Assembly: GCA_964016885.1 (NCBI GenBank)
Contig: OZ024761.1
Location: forward strand, 18,848,001-18,912,000
DNA from: Eledone cirrhosa
Taxonomy: Eukaryota
Direction of reading: 5' to 3'
Length of the DNA stretch: 64,000 nucleotides
This document shows positions 1 to 13,660 of this stretch, one piece after another. Under the pieces are notes generated by a model, which was given only the letters and a program-made list of their open reading frames with translations, searched no databases and was not told the DNA's origin. Position 1 is the stretch's first letter. Each line of letters opens with the position of its first letter. Both the position numbers and the translations under genes were made by a program.

Positions 1-349
1 ATCATTAGACTGGCCATGCTGGGGCACCAGCCACTTATTTTACTGGTTCCACTCATTAGACTGTGGCCATGCTAGAGCATCAGCCACTTATTTTCCTGGT
101 TTAGATCATTATACTGTGGCCGTGCTGGGGCACCAGCCACTTATTTTACTGGTTTAGATCATTATACTGTGGCCATGCTGGTGCACTAGCCACTTATTTT
201 ACTGGTTTAGATCATTATACTGTGGCTGTGCTGGGGCACCAGCCACTTATTTTACTGGTTCTGCTCATTAGATTGTGGCCATGCTGAGGCACCAGCCACT
301 TATTTTCCTGGTTTAGGTCATTAGACTGCTGCCATGCTTGGGCACCAGC
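1..349. repeat. 53-bp minisatellite, ~6.5 copies, probably derived from a SINE-like segment
   Basis: Unit atcattatactgtggccgtgctggggcaccagccacttattttactggtttag recurs every 53 nt. Confidence 0.9.
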
Positions 350-435
350 AATAGAGTATATTTTGTTAGAGATCCAGTCACGAGAAAGTGCTAAGTTTCT
401 GCTGACATTTCAACATTAATTCTTTGCCACTTTAG

Positions 436-571
436 GAAGTTTGTTCTGTGAGGAAGACATCCAGCAGCTGCCAAACTGACGAGATTACCATCGGCAAAGA
501 TAAACCAAATGTCAAGAATTTGAAGGAGGAACTTGAAATGGAGAGGATCTGTCTTACAATTCTACAAGGAG
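436..571 (+). CDS. Exon a: EVCSVRKTSSSCQTDEITIGKDKPNVKNLKEELEMERICLTILQG
   Basis: ctttag|GAA acceptor and G|gtaata donor; open frame, coiled-coil-like; ends in phase 1. Confidence 0.8.
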
Positions 572-798
572 GTAATATGTGATAATATTTCACAATTTCC
601 AGACCAAACCCTATGAAACAGCCAATAGTTCTATGAGGGTTGGCTGAAAAGTTCATAAGCTGATCAAGATACTCTCATGGAATGACCAAATGAGGTTTAT
701 TTTTCAACACAGTCCCTGTTGAAATTAATGCATGCAAGATTTCACAGCTCTAGCATCGCTTTTTCATATGCAGCCTATGAACTTTTCAACCCACCCTC

Positions 799-832
<34 letters not shown>

Positions 833-3800
833 ACAATATTTAAACATACAAAATTCATAGGCTGACCAAGATACTCTCATGAAATGATCAAATGAGGTTT
901 ATTTTACAACATAGTCCCTGGAAAGAAACAATATAGTTATTAATAAGAAGAGTTGAAATTAATGCATATAAGATTTTACAGCTCTAGCATCACTTCTTCA
1001 TAGTCAGCCTAAGAACTTTTCAGTCGGCCCTCACATACACACACACACACGCACACATACACATACACACACACTCACACACATCGGTATATAGGTTGTT
1101 TTTCTCTATATTTTCACTCCCATTTTCTATATTTGCAGAGCTTAAGGATAAGTCTTCTTTGATTGAAACCCTAAAAATGTCACTGAAGGACCAGGACGAT
1201 GCCATTATAAAGTTGGAAAACCTGCTGGGTAGGAAAGACGATAGGATCCTCACCCTTGAAGAAGGTATGTAGTGAATGTGAGGTGTGCAGTGAATGTGTG
1301 GTATGTATGTAGTGAACAAGTGGTACGTATTTAGTGAACGTGGGGTATGTATTTAGTATGTAGTGAACGAGAGGTATGTAGTGAATCTGTAACAACATGA
1401 TAGGAGAGGGTGGGGGCTTTTGTTAAAACATCTGAGAAACGTCCTATGAGATACAACTTTGTAGGAGGCCAACTAAACCTACATAGCTGTGAGCTGTAAC
1501 TTGATATGACTGGGGCCCCTTATCAATAAAACATCTGAGAAACGTCCTATGAGATACAACTTTGTAGGAGGCCAACTAAACCTACATAGCTGTGAGCTGT
1601 AACTTGATATGACTGGGGCCCCTTATCAATAAAACATCTGAGAAACGTCCTATGAGATACAACTTTGTAGGAGGCCAACTAAACCTACATAGGTGTGAGC
1701 TGTCACAACAACAACATGATATGTCTGGAAGGGCCCTTATTGTTAAAACACGTGAAAAACTTCCTATAAGGTGCAATCTTATAGGAGGCTAGCTAAACCT
1801 ATATATAGGTGTGAGCTGAAATAACAACATGATAGGGCTGGGGTCTCCATAATTAAAACACCCCAGACACCTCCAATGAAATACAACCTTGCAGGAAGCC
1901 AGCTAAACCTACATGGGTGTGGGCCGTAAATCCCCCCACCCCCACCCCCACCCCCACCCCCACCCCCAACACCACTAAGAAATAAAATTAATTTTATATC
2001 ATTTTATTTATACTTTTTATATATGTGTTTGTATTTGTGTTTTCTTTTCTTCTTTTCTAAAGAATTGGTTGAAAAAGACAGCCACACATCTACAGCTGCT
2101 ACAACAACAACAGCTGCTACAACAACAACAGCTGATAAATGTGAGCAATGTCAGTTGTCTTTGACTATTACAGCTAGCAAGGGAGACAACCTCCAGACTG
2201 TACTCTCAAACCAAACTGAAACTATCCAAGTGCTGAGCCAGGAGAAATCCCAAACACGGAAGAACTGCAAGAACATGAGTTTGGAAGTGCAACACTTGAA
2301 GATGGCTTTAGCAAGTAAGAACAACGAAACTGTTGGATTGTAATCTTTTATTTAATTTTTGTTTTTATTTTACTGGCTTCAGCCATTTTGCTCTGACCGT
2401 GTTGAGGGACATCATCATCATCATATATATACAGTTCAGAGTTTAATCTTGTTGGTCTAATGAAACACTGGTAAATCAGTTAAATGCTTTGATAAAAATC
2501 TGGTTAATCTTTGTTCTATATTAATATATATATATATATATATATATATTGAAGTAGAGGTCAACAAGTTAGAATTTACTTCATTTATTCATTACACAAT
2601 TGCTCTTATACATATTTCGATGGTAACTGTTATGAAACAGTTATGACCTCATCAGACAACAGCTATTAGCCGAGCAGTTACATGAATGAAAATAACATGA
2701 AGAAAAAATAAAAATTACACATGCTGTTTCAATTGATTGATATATCATGGGTTGGTTATTGGTGTTGCTTTTATCAAAGCACTGGTGACATATGATTCAG
2801 AATAAACAACCTCAGAGCATCAACACAAAGGGTATACAAGGCCCCCATATATATATGGGGGCCTTGTGTGTATATATATATATCATCATCATCACCGTTT
2901 TACATCCGTTCTTCCATGTTAGCATGGGTTAGACAGGTTGTCCTGTTGTGGGCAGTGTCCGGTCGGCTGACCTTGTTTTGCTGATATGGGAACTGATTCT
3001 GGCTTGATTTCTACAGCTGGATCCCCTTCCTAACACCAACCTCATTTATAGTGAGTGCTGGGTGCTTTTTTTCCGTGGCGCCTCCACGACCACTTTACAG
3101 TAAGCTCTGGGTGATTTTTTTCCGTGACGCCTACACGTCCACTTTACAGTGTGGGCTGGGTGCTTTGCAGTTGAATGATAGGGACCCCTGTCCTATCATC
3201 TCATTTCTACAGCTGAGTAAACTGGAGCAATGTGAAATAAAGTGTCTTGCTCAAGGAAACAACACATCACCCGGTCCAAGTATTGAACTCACAACCTTTC
3301 GATTGCAAGCCCAATGCTCTAACCACTAAGCCATGCGCCATTCATGCATATATGTGCCTCTGTTTATAGAGAATGAATTTCCATGAATCAAATCTATCCA
3401 ACCTTTGTCTTTGTTTTCAAGAAGTAATTTCTTTTCGATTCAGTAACGGAGTCTGAGAGAGATTCACTACGGAAACGTCTTGGTACTGTTTCTGGTCAGA
3501 CCGGTCAGAGTCCAACTGCAAAGACTCCGACCCATTCACCACAATCTCACCAAAGTACCCTGGTATGTGACCATACAACTCCTCTGAAGTCTCATCAAAG
3601 TCCCTTTGTAAAGGATCATATAACCCCTGTGAAATCACTCCAAAGTTCTGCCTTAAAATCTGCAACAACACCAGGGAAATCTCTTCACCAAAGTCCTTCA
3701 AGAATGACTCCATCATCATCATCATCATCATCACAGGTAATATTATTCCTTCATTGTATAATAAACTACCATATTTCCTGGCGTCAAAGATGCTACAGTT

Positions 3801-3939
3801 TTCCCAAAATAAGTCTAAAAAATTTACCATGCGTTCTGGAGGCCGAAGGTTGTTTATTATTTTTTTCAAAATTAGGGTGCGTCCTCCAGGACAAAGCGTC
3901 TTCGGCTGGGAAATACGGTAAATACCAACATTGCAGTTT

Positions 3940-4004
<65 letters not shown>

Positions 4005-4379
4005 ACGTGTGTGTATACACACATACAAATATATATATATATATATAGTTTAGGGATTGTAACGTCAAGTCATTAAGCTAACAGAAGTCTGATGAGTTTT
4101 TGATTCCAAAATCGGGCTCCATCCAAAGACCTTGAGTTGATCAATCGTGAAACGTGCGTCACACCTGAATAAACTTAATGAAAATTTGACACCTCACCCA
4201 TACTTATTATTAAGATATATATATACTGTCAATAGTTATGTATCTTTATCAATGTTTTGAAGACAAGGATTATAATTACTTGTTTAAACATTGTGTATGC
4301 TCTGATGAATTCAGGCATTTGTCTGGAAGAAACAATTGTCAGCAATTAAATGTATTAAACTAAAATTTGATTGTTCTAT

Positions 4380-4418
<39 letters not shown>

Positions 4419-4878
4419 TCATCACTCGTCGACTACTGTCGAGATGATGGATCTCACTCTCATGCCCCAGAATCCCCCTGTCCCCCATCGCTGCCCCCAG
4501 GTCCTGTCTGCTGATTCCCGTATCCCTAGAGATAATGTCAGGGAATGACAGCTTCCTACTCCTAGTCAGGCTGGAGTCAGGGTTCCAGAGCAAGAGAGCG
4601 GATATGATTTATATATATATATATATATAGAGAGAGAGATATAGAATAGAAAACGAAAAATCAGTGATGCAGCTGAACTCAATTTATTGTGTGTTACAAT
4701 TGTTTCCCCGGTGGACAGCTCGAGACGCAATCATTGTGTGGATCTCTCTCATTCTGGACCCGCAGGTTCGACGGATATGTCTAATGATTTTGGAGCATAT
4801 TCTATCATACTCTGCTCTGTAAGAGCATAGAGTGGTCAACCGGCACACCACCTATAGAAGCATCTTAGCTACCATCAG

Positions 4879-4937
<59 letters not shown>

Positions 4938-5074
4938 CGATAAGAATTGCAGCTTTATTTCATTTTACAATTTGTTTCCATATCGATCAGCTCGGGTTTG
5001 ATCATACAATTGGATCCCGGTTCTTAATCCACACTTCTTTAGATATGAGAGTTTACATCGGTGGTCCCATCCAA

Positions 5075-5156
<82 letters not shown>

Positions 5157-5603
5157 AGATCAAAAGATGGTTAAAAGAGTTCCATGTATTTTATTATGCG
5201 CATTTCAAAAACAAATATCATCATGCGATGACATTTGCGTTTTCGTCAGATAAAATAGGGAGACATGATATGAAGGTTAAAAAACACTTGTGAATAGTGC
5301 AGTTTTAAATCAACATATCAACATATGTTGATTTAAAACTGCACTATTCACAAGTGTTTTTTAACCTTCATATCATGTCTCCCTATTTTATCTGACGAAA
5401 ATGCAAATGTCATCGCATGATGATATTTGTTTTTGAAATGCGCATAATGGAACTCTTTTATACATGGAATATCAATACATGGAACTCTTTTAACCATCTT
5501 TTGATCTTATATATTATTTATACTCCAGTCCTACAAACTGTAGAGTGCTACTTATCCGATATCTGCATTGCTTTATTGTACTACAATAAAACTCACCTCC
5601 TAC

Positions 5604-5664
<61 letters not shown>

Positions 5665-6394
5665 CTCCTTTGCTTCTTGCTTTTAGATTTTATTCACTCC
5701 ATAGAGGCAGATGTTTGTTTTGTAATTTTGTTGGAGGGCATAGAGACTAAATGTGGTGGTGTGGGTCAGGGTACAGGGATTAATCTTTACATTAATCTTA
5801 ACAATTACATTACTCTATATTTACTATTATATTTTCATGGTTAACTCATGGTTCAAATCCCGCCGAGGTTAACTTTGCCTTTCATCCTTACGGGGTCGAT
5901 AAAATAAAGTACCAGTAATACACTGGTTAATTGCTGGCCTTGTGCCAAAAGTAGAAACGATTATATTTTCATGGTTAACACTTTTATTGTTAACAAAATT
6001 ATTTCACATAATATCGAAACTACAGATTTTGATATTATTTATTTTGAGAACAATACCTTAACTCAAGTATGAGCAACTGGTTACAGCTGGTTTGAATGGC
6101 AAGAGATGAGAGAATTCTGGCTGGATATGGCCGTTTTAAATGGTTTGGGGTTAAGTTATGTCACTAAATGTTATAAATGTTGTTAGTGTTTTTATTTACC
6201 TGGTTATTTTCTGTCTGTTAGGTAAAAGATGGAGGAAACTCTGAGGTGAAGGATAAGAAATCATTGGAGGAGGTCATGCCTGGAAACAGGATGATGTTAC
6301 GAGATGTCGACGTAAGTAACAGGATTATGTTCCCTATGCCTCAGTTAAGGGGTTGGATCATCATCATCATCATCATCATCATTCTTATTATTGC

Positions 6395-6427
<33 letters not shown>

Positions 6428-8907
6428 TTGAACCATTATTATAACCATCAACACAACTATTTGTCAATCATTCAGATATATGTTGTTAATAAATGTTTGT
6501 TTAGAAAAATAGTTATCTTGCTGAAAAAAAAATCCTGGCACAGCAACTCTAGCTGTGTAAAATATATGCGACAGTCAATAGGTTAATGTCCTGTACCACA
6601 TGAAACCACCTTAAGACATTCTTGAAAAGTACAAAACAACACTATGACTACATCATATTTATATCAAAGTCTTTCCTATAACACTGCAAATTTCCACAAC
6701 AATCTGTTCTCTAGTAAAGATACTATAACCATTTGAATTAACAAACCTGTTTCCCTTTCTTTCTTCTTTTCGCAGCAATGGCGTAAACAGAAAGCTCTTG
6801 TGGTAAACAGCATCAAGAAAACAAATATAGACCGACTGGCTAACACTACCTTGTCTGGTTCCCCAGAATACAACAGCCCACATTCTTCACCGCATAAACA
6901 CAATAACAGCCACCACCACAACAACCCCTCCGTACCGAGCTCTCCTTCACACAACAGCCTCTCCGTACCAAGCTCTCCTTCACACAACACCCCACATTCT
7001 TCACCGCATAAACACAATAACAGCCACCTCCACAACAACCCCTCCATACCGAGCTCTCCTTCACACAACACCCCACATTCTTCACCACATAAACACAGCA
7101 ACAGCCACCACCACAACAGCCTCTCCGTACCAAGCTCTCCTTCACACAACACCCCACATTCTTCACCACATAAACACAGCAACAGCCACCACCACAACAA
7201 CCCCTCCGTACCGAACTCTCCTACACGCAACACCCCACATTCTTCACTGCGTAAATGCAGCAACAGCAACAACAACAACAACAACAACCCCCACCCCCAC
7301 CACCACCCTTCTTCCGTAACGAACACTCCATCCATGTCACGTCTTTGCAACAGTGCCACCACAACCACCAGCAGCAGCTCTCTACAGAGGGCAACCTCCA
7401 CATGTCGCATCCAGCGTCTCTGTAACGCAAAACAAACCACATTCAGTGCCAGGAGTTCTCCTGTCCCCTCAAAGAAAGTAAGTTGGATTTTTTCAGAATT
7501 TTTGAAAAAAAAGTTGTTCTTTTGCAGATTTTTGTTTTGTTTTTGTGGAGTGAAGGGGTGGCCCTGTGGTTAGAGCAGAGATGGTCAACCTGTGGCCTTC
7601 TATGCCATTATGTGCGGCCTTTTGAAAGAATAACAAATTTCCGACAAATTTTTAATTTTTATTATGGAGGCACATGGCTTAGTGGTTAGAGCATTTGCCT
7701 TGCAATCGAAAGGTTGTGAGTTCAATTCTCAGACCGAGTGATGTGTTGTTTCCTTGAGCAAGACACTTTATTTCACATTGCTCCAGTTTACTCTGCCGTA
7801 GAAATGAGATGATAGGGATCCCAGTCCCTACCATTTCACTGCAAAGTGGTCGTGGAGGTGCCACGGCAAAAAAAAGCACCCAGCCCACACTGTAAATGAG
7901 GTTGGTGTTAGGAAGGGCATCCAGCTGTAGAAATCAAGCCAGAATCAGTCCCCGTCCCACCCTTGCAAGCAGGGAAAAAGCAGACGTAAAATGATGATGA
8001 TGATGATGATGATTAATATGCTATTGTCTATTCGCTGAGGTTATCTTTGCCTTTCATTCTTACGAGGTCGATACAATAAATACCAGTAATGCACTGGGGT
8101 CGATTTAATCGACTTTCCCCTACCCCCAAATTATTGGCCTTGTGCCTAAATCAGAAAGCATTATTATTATTGAAAAGGAAGATCAGAGTGGAGAGGGAAG
8201 TGTTCTCTTTCCAGTAATTTACTGAAAGATGGGTGAGAGGCAAGCGAAGACCGAGAGGGAGCGCTTGGAGACTGGAATGTCTTCAGGCGCTCACAGCCCT
8301 CGACCAATTGGGCAATGAGATCGGTGGAAACTCACCTTGGCGTTCTATAGAGGATTAGTGGAGGGGAAGAGCGATGACAGTACCAGTAATGCACTGGGTA
8401 ATTACTGGCCTTGTGCCTAAAGTAGAAACAATTATTATTATCATTATTATTATTATCATTATTATTTCTTTTTTGTTTCTTATATAAATAATAAAAATAT
8501 TTACACGCACAAAACTCACATCGTACCATCCTGTACCGCCATGTACCATCTGTAATGTTTTACTTGATGTCAGCCCTTGTGGCCAATAAAGAAATCATCA
8601 TTATTATTATTGTTATTGTTGTTGTGCCAAAGTAGAAACAATTATTATTATTATTATTTGGACAGGTGCTTGTTTCCAGTGAACCAATGGAAAGTACCCC
8701 AGTAGAACATCCACCCGCCGAATCTAACGATTCATCTCCATTGGCAACAGGCAGGGGACAAACTGACCGGGAGAACTACATACAGATTGATGTCACCCCA
8801 CCTGTAGCTATGAAGGCCTTGAGAAGGAACCGCAAGCGAAAGCCCCTGGAAACTTCCCCTCAGGTAAAATTTCAGACAAACCAGGTGTAATTGCCACTTT
8901 TGAAAAA

Positions 8908-8947
<40 letters not shown>

Positions 8948-11900
8948 GTTCAAATCTCTCTGAGGTTAACTTTGCCTTTCATCCTTACAGGGTCGATAAA
9001 ATAAAGTACCAGTCACGCACTGGGGTCGATTTAATTGACTTACCATTCTCCCCAAATTGCTGGCCTTGTGCCTAAAGTAGAAATCATTATTATTATTATT
9101 GTTCAAATCCCTACGGGGGTCGATAAAATAAAAGTACCAGTAATGCACTGGGGTTGATCGATACAAAGACAAAGTGGTGTATGTTTAAAAACTGATGCAT
9201 GTCCCCAAATTGCTGGCCTTGTGCCTAAAGTAGAAATCATTATTATTATTATTGTTCAAATCCCTACGGGGGTCGATAAAATAAAAGTACCAGTAATGCA
9301 CTGGGGTTGATCGATACAAAGACAAAGTGGTGTATGTTTAAAAACTGATGCATGTTAACAAAAATGTCTATGTTTACCTTCCAGAAAAATCTCCTAAACA
9401 GTAGCAAATACTCCGTCTCCACTAGAAGTATCACCTTGTGTCATAAGGCAAACATATCTGATGAACAGCTACAGTCATCGTCCCAGGTGTGTAATTACTA
9501 TCAATATTACTATCAGATAGTAATATTGTACAACCAACAAACTGACCGAAGCTATTATTATTTCTCGGTGCTCCTTCTTTCAGATTCTCTACTTCATTAC
9601 CTCTAATGCATGAAGATTCTTAAGCTTCTCCTTTTAACATTCCTCCCCTTTTCACTCCTACATGTACGTGTGATGGACGGACAGACAGACAGACAGACAG
9701 CTTCTCTTTTATAATATAGATTACCTCTAATGCATGTAGATTCTTAAGCTTCTCCCCTTTTCACTCCTACATGTACGTGTGACGGACAGACAGACAGACA
9801 GCTTCTCTTTTATAATATAGATTACCTCTAATGCATGTAGATTCTTAAGCTTCTCCCCTTTTCACTCCTACATGTACGTGTGACGGACAGACAGACAGAC
9901 AGCTTCTCTTTTATAATATAGATTACCTCTAATGCATGTAGATTCTTAAGCTTCTCCCCTTTTCACTCCTACATGTACGTGTGACGGACAGACAGACAGA
10001 CAGACAGCTCTTTTATAATATAGATTACCTCTAATGCATGTAGATTCTTAAGCTTCTCCCCTTTTCACTCCTACATGTACGTGTGACGGACAGACAGACA
10101 GACAGACAGCTTCTCTTTTATAATATAGATTACCTCTAATGCATGTAGATTCTTAAGCTTCTCCCCTTTTCACTCCTACATGTACGTGTGATGGACAGAC
10201 AGACAGACAGACAGCTTCTCTTCTATAATATAGATTACCTCTAATGCATGTAGATTATTAAGCTTCTCCCCTTTTCACTCCTACATGTACGTGTGATGGA
10301 CAGACAGCTTCTCTTTTATAATATAGATTACCTCTAATGCATGTAGATTCTTAAGCTTCTCCCCTTTTCACTCCTACATGTACGTGTGACGGACAGACAG
10401 ACAGACAGACAGCTCTTTTATAATATAGATTACCTCTAATGCATGTAGATTCTTAAGCTTCTCCCCTTTTCACTCCTACATGTACGTGTGACGGACAGAC
10501 AGACAGACAGACAGCTTCTCTTTTATAATATAGATTACCTCTAATGCATGTAGATTCTTAAGCTTCTCCCCTTTTCACTCCTACATGTACGTGTGATGGA
10601 CAGACAGACAGACAGACAGACAGCTTCTCTTCTATAATATAGATTACCTCTAATGCATGTAGATTATTAAGCTTCTCCCCTTTTCACTCCTACATGTACG
10701 TGTGATGGACGGACAGACAGACACAGACAGACAGACATCTTCTCTTCTATAATATAGATTATCATGGTGGATTGGCAGTATCGGTAGAGGGTCGGACGCC
10801 ATGCTTTCCAGCATAGAGTTACGTCCCTTTACGGTCTGAGTTCAAATCCCGCCGAGGTTAACTTTGCCTTTCATCCTTACGGGGTCAATAAAATAAAGTA
10901 CCAGTAATGTACTGGGTAATTGCTGGCCTTGTGCCTAAAGTAGAAACAGTTATCTGGTTGAATGTATTCTTCAAATTCAAATCCTGCCGAGTTTGATGAT
11001 AAAAAATATACCAGCCCAGTACAAGAGTCAATTCTTCCTCTGTATCTCTCCCCAACTCTCTCTCTCTTCTCAGCACTATATAGTAAAACACACTCACTGT
11101 TTGGTTTGGGTTGGTTTTCACTTCAGTATATTCTATATTTCTATAATTAATTCAGTTGGCAATCAATGTTTATCATTGATTGACCAACAGTTTAAACTAT
11201 AGGTATAAATATATATTTATGAAAGTAAAACCAAGAAGCCTTCAATATATCAAAAGTCTTTATTAGCCAACAATGTTTCGTCCTATTAAGGACTCATCAG
11301 GGCAATTAAAACAACAAGAAGTATTATCGGCTAATACAAGCCGAAAACTCCGAAGAATATGGAGTGTACATACACTAAAGTATTGCAAGATTATGGGTAA
11401 AAATATATAATAGAAATTCTTTGTTTTACTTTACGTGTAGGCGCCACGAAAAAGCACCCAACACTCACTGTAAATGAGGTTGGTGTTAGGAAGGGCATCC
11501 AGCTGTAGAAATCAAGCCAGATCAGTTCCTGTATGAGCAAGGCATGGTCAGCCGACCAGACACTGCCCACAACAGGACAACCCGTCTAACCCATGCTAGC
11601 GTGGAAGAACGGACGTAAAACGGTGATGATAATGATGATGATGACTTTCATAATTCATCGGCTCTGTTTAATTACATTGAGCTATACCTTTTACTGTCAT
11701 TTCTATAATACGAAGAGGGTGTTTAACTCCAACACGCTCCAGTATTTTAATCCCTGGTATAAATATATATACAGTCTATCAAAGTTCTTTTGTCACACAA
11801 CCGTAACATCATCAGTGATACTATTATGTATCAAAAACAAATTCATCGCCATCACATTATTATTACTATTTGATTGCTATCCCTGCAGGAGGAATTTAAG

Positions 11901-12977
11901 GGCCAAACCAGGAGGTTACCTTCGAGAAGCTGCAAGGAGGATGCTATAAAGAAGATACAAGCCCAAATCAATGCGTTGAGGGATTCTCCAATAATGAAGA
12001 AGAAGAGAGGAAGTGACCCCAACACTGATGACACCCCTACAGAGAGGACCAGGTCAAATAAAGAGGGCTGCTGTGGAACTCCAGTAGGGACCACACAGAG
12101 GACTCCGATGGATCGATTTCGGAACCTGAAAAACAGCTTCCGATCATCTTCTTTCCGCAAAGGTAAAGTGTGTGTGTGTGTGTGTATGTGTGTGTGTGAC
12201 TGTGTGTGTGTTTGTGTGTATGTATGTATGTGTGTGTTTGTGTGTATGTATGTGACTGTGTGTGGATGTACGTGTATATGTGTGTGTATTTGTGTGTGTG
12301 TGTATATATATATATATGTGTGTGTATGTATGTATGTGTGTGTTTGTGTGTATGTATGTGACTGTGTGTGGATGTATGTGTATACGTGTGTGTATTTGTG
12401 TGTGTGTATATATATATATATGTGTGTGTATGTATATATGTGTGTGTTTGTGTGTATGTATGTATGTGTGTTTGTGTGTATGTATGTGACTGTGTGGATG
12501 TATGTGTATATGTGTGTGTATTTGAGTGTGTGTGTATATATATATATATGTGTGTGTATGTATGTATGTGTGTTTGTGAATACGTATATATATATATATC
12601 TATGTGTGTATGTGTGTGTGGGGCTGGTTACGAACAGTTTAGTATTCCCGGTGGTTTTGGTCTCATCCACCACCACCACCACCACCACCACCACCACCAA
12701 CACCAACACCACCACCACCACCAACACCAACACCACCACCACCACCAACACCACCACCACCACCACCACCACCACCAACACCACCACCACCACCAACGCC
12801 ACCACCACCACCACCACCACCACCACCAACACCTTCTTTACCCCTCCTCCATCACGTTTGTTTTTCTTGTTGTTACTGATGTTGTTGTTGTTAATGTTGC
12901 TGCTGCTGTTATCAATATTGTTGTTGTTGCTGTTGTTGTTGTTGTCATTGGTGCTGTTGTTGCTGTTGATGTTGCTG

Positions 12978-13046
<69 letters not shown>

Positions 13047-13050
13047 TGGT

Positions 13051-13085
<35 letters not shown>

Positions 13086-13086
13086 G

Positions 13087-13129
<43 letters not shown>

Positions 13130-13149
13130 GCTGCTGCTGCTGCTGCTGC

Positions 13150-13225
<76 letters not shown>

Positions 13226-13238
13226 GCTGTTGTTGTTG

Positions 13239-13280
<42 letters not shown>

Positions 13281-13628
13281 TTGCTACTGTTGTTGCTGGT
13301 GTTGTTGTTGATGTTGCTGTTGTTGTTGTTGATGTTGCTGTTGTTGTTGTTGTTGTTGTCGTTGTTGTTGTTAATATTGTTGCTGTTCTTATTGTTGTAG
13401 TTGTTGTTATTGCTATTGTTGTAATGCGAGATCTCTGTTGTTGCAGCTCGGAACTTGCTCAAGTCCAACACCAGCGTTCATTCCCCTGTTTGGGACTCTG
13501 TGAGGAATGAGAGCGGAGGAAGAGGAAAGGCGTTGCCCAACATGGCCACCACTTCAGATAGGGAATCTAGCAGCAATGACAGGAAGTTACACAGCATTCT
13601 CAACACCAACAACAACAACAACACCACC

Positions 13629-13660
<32 letters not shown>

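Noticed and set aside
1931-1967. (CACCCC)n tract with G-quadruplex potential on the minus strand
   Set aside because: A simple repeat; the G-rich strand is not the transcript and nothing indicates function.
3422-3443. Alternative upstream acceptor (ttttcaag at 3421) for exon d
   Set aside because: Gives an in-frame TGA within about 12 codons when joined to exon c.
6676-7442. Minus-strand Cys/Gly-rich ORFs (254, 107, 73 aa) resembling metallothionein or keratin-associated proteins
   Set aside because: Antisense shadows of the repetitive His/Ser/Pro exon f.
9597-10760. CRISPR-like regular repeats (also 1-349 and 1424-1925)
   Set aside because: No unique spacers, eukaryotic intron context and no cas genes; these are minisatellites.
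11852-13510. Long ORFs of 539, 508 and 380 aa
   Set aside because: Stop-free microsatellite translations (poly-N/S/V/L/T, YI/CV); only 11889-12162 and 13447 onward are exonic.
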